Origin: Rhodobacteraceae bacterium HLUCCO07
Lineage (GTDB): Bacteria > Pseudomonadota > Alphaproteobacteria > Rhodobacterales > Rhodobacteraceae
NCBI GenBank assembly: GCA_001314705.1
Contig: LJSU01000015.1
Location: forward strand, 6,505-70,504
Length of the DNA stretch: 64,000 nt
Reading direction: 5' to 3'
The position numbers and the translations under genes were made by a program. The notes beneath the pieces were generated by a model, which saw only the letters and a list, made by a program, of their open reading frames with translations, ran no database searches and was not told where the DNA came from. Shown piece after piece: positions 63,316-64,000 of the stretch (the stretch's first letter is position 1; each line of letters begins with the position of its first letter).

Positions 63316-64000
63316 TCACTCCCCGATCGCGATCCCCTCGCGGCGCGGATCGGCCCCGCCGCTCAGCCCGTCGGCGCCCCGCGCGATCGCGTGCAGCCCG
63401 GAATTGAGCGGCGGCGTTTCGACATCGAACCCCATCTCCCGCAACGGCGCCTCAAGCGCCTCTGCCGCGCTTCCGCGCTCGACATCATATGTGCCGAACC
63501 GGTTGACCAGATGCGGCAGGGCCACGGCCTGCTGCACATCCATGCCCCAGTCGATATGCGCAATGATCGTCTTGGCCACGTAGCCGATGATCCGGCTGCC
63601 CCCGGGGCTGCCCACAACAAGCACCGGCGCACCATCCTTGAGCACGATGGTCGGCGCCATGGAGGACCGCGGCCGCTTGCCCGGCTCCACCCGGTTGGCC
63701 ACCGGCACTCCGTCGCGATGGCTGCGAAACGAGAAATCGGTCAACTGGTTGTTGAGCAGGAACCCCGCCACCATCAGCCGCGATCCGAACGCGTTCTCGA
63801 TGCTCGTCGTCATCGACAGCGCGTTGCCATGGGAATCGACGATCGAGATATGCGAGGTCGAGGGCCGCTCGACCGCGTCATCATCGGCCCAGTCGAGCGC
63901 ATGGTCGAATTCCGGCTCACCGGGTTCGACCTCGCGCAATGCCGTGTCACCGCGCAAGAGCGCGGCCCGGCCCGCCATGTAATCGGCCTCCACCAGCCCC
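63316..64000 (-). CDS. ggt: gamma-glutamyltransferase, C-terminal part (gene starts beyond the right window edge)
   Basis: STSHISIVDSHGNALSMTTSIENAFGSRLMV...PGKRPRSSMAPTIV...VVGSPGGSRII are the GGT small-subunit motifs, including the autoprocessing Thr region. Confidence 0.8.
   Translation of the reverse strand, partial: GLVEADYMAGRAALLRGDTALREVEPGEPEFDHALDWADDDAVERPSTSHISIVDSHGNALSMTTSIENAFGSRLMVAGFLLNNQLTDFSFRSHRDGVPVANRVEPGKRPRSSMAPTIVLKDGAPVLVVGSPGGSRIIGYVAKTIIAHIDWGMDVQQAVALPHLVNRFGTYDVERGSAAEALEAPLREMGFDVETPPLNSGLHAIARGADGLSGGADPRREGIAIGE

Noticed and set aside
1-64000. Looked for mobile elements, CRISPR arrays, an integrase next to tRNA-His, toxin-antitoxin pairs or defence-system gene clusters.
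   Set aside because: There are no transposase, integrase or recombinase-like translations, no direct-repeat arrays, no low-GC island, and no repeat of the tRNA 3' end nearby. The gene content is housekeeping and syntenic-looking throughout.

Overview
GC-rich chromosomal core segment with the hallmarks of an alphaproteobacterium of the Rhodobacterales type: two-subunit GlyRS, a SAM-II riboswitch, and a tRNA-His without G-1. About 60 genes are tightly packed, many with ATGA or TGATG overlaps. Recognisable genes include glyQ/glyS, trkH, folE2, metZ, ftsY, xseA, purD, rpoH, rluD, ispE, ETF-ubiquinone oxidoreductase, greA, mobA, azlCD, tsaC, dnaE, a BMP-family ABC transporter operon, an Lrp regulator, an alanine:cation symporter, a dimethylglycine-dehydrogenase-like enzyme, and partial ppdK-like and ggt genes at the two edges. 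RNA and cis elements: tRNA-His(GUG), a SAM-II riboswitch plus terminator ahead of metZ, and several intrinsic terminators. I see no rRNA, CRISPR array, transposase, integrase, prophage or recognisable defence island, so this looks like housekeeping DNA rather than an accessory region. Most long ORFs in the track that lie opposite these genes are antisense artefacts of high GC. Two signals remain unexplained. The first is a roughly 160-205 nt rod-shaped structured RNA locus at 28.3-28.6 kb, possibly 6S RNA. The second is an AT-rich 21-26 nt motif, GAGTATTTTTSCCAAGAAAGA, that recurs in four intergenic spacers. Smaller oddities are listed as separate findings. All family assignments come from reading the translations by eye and need database confirmation.
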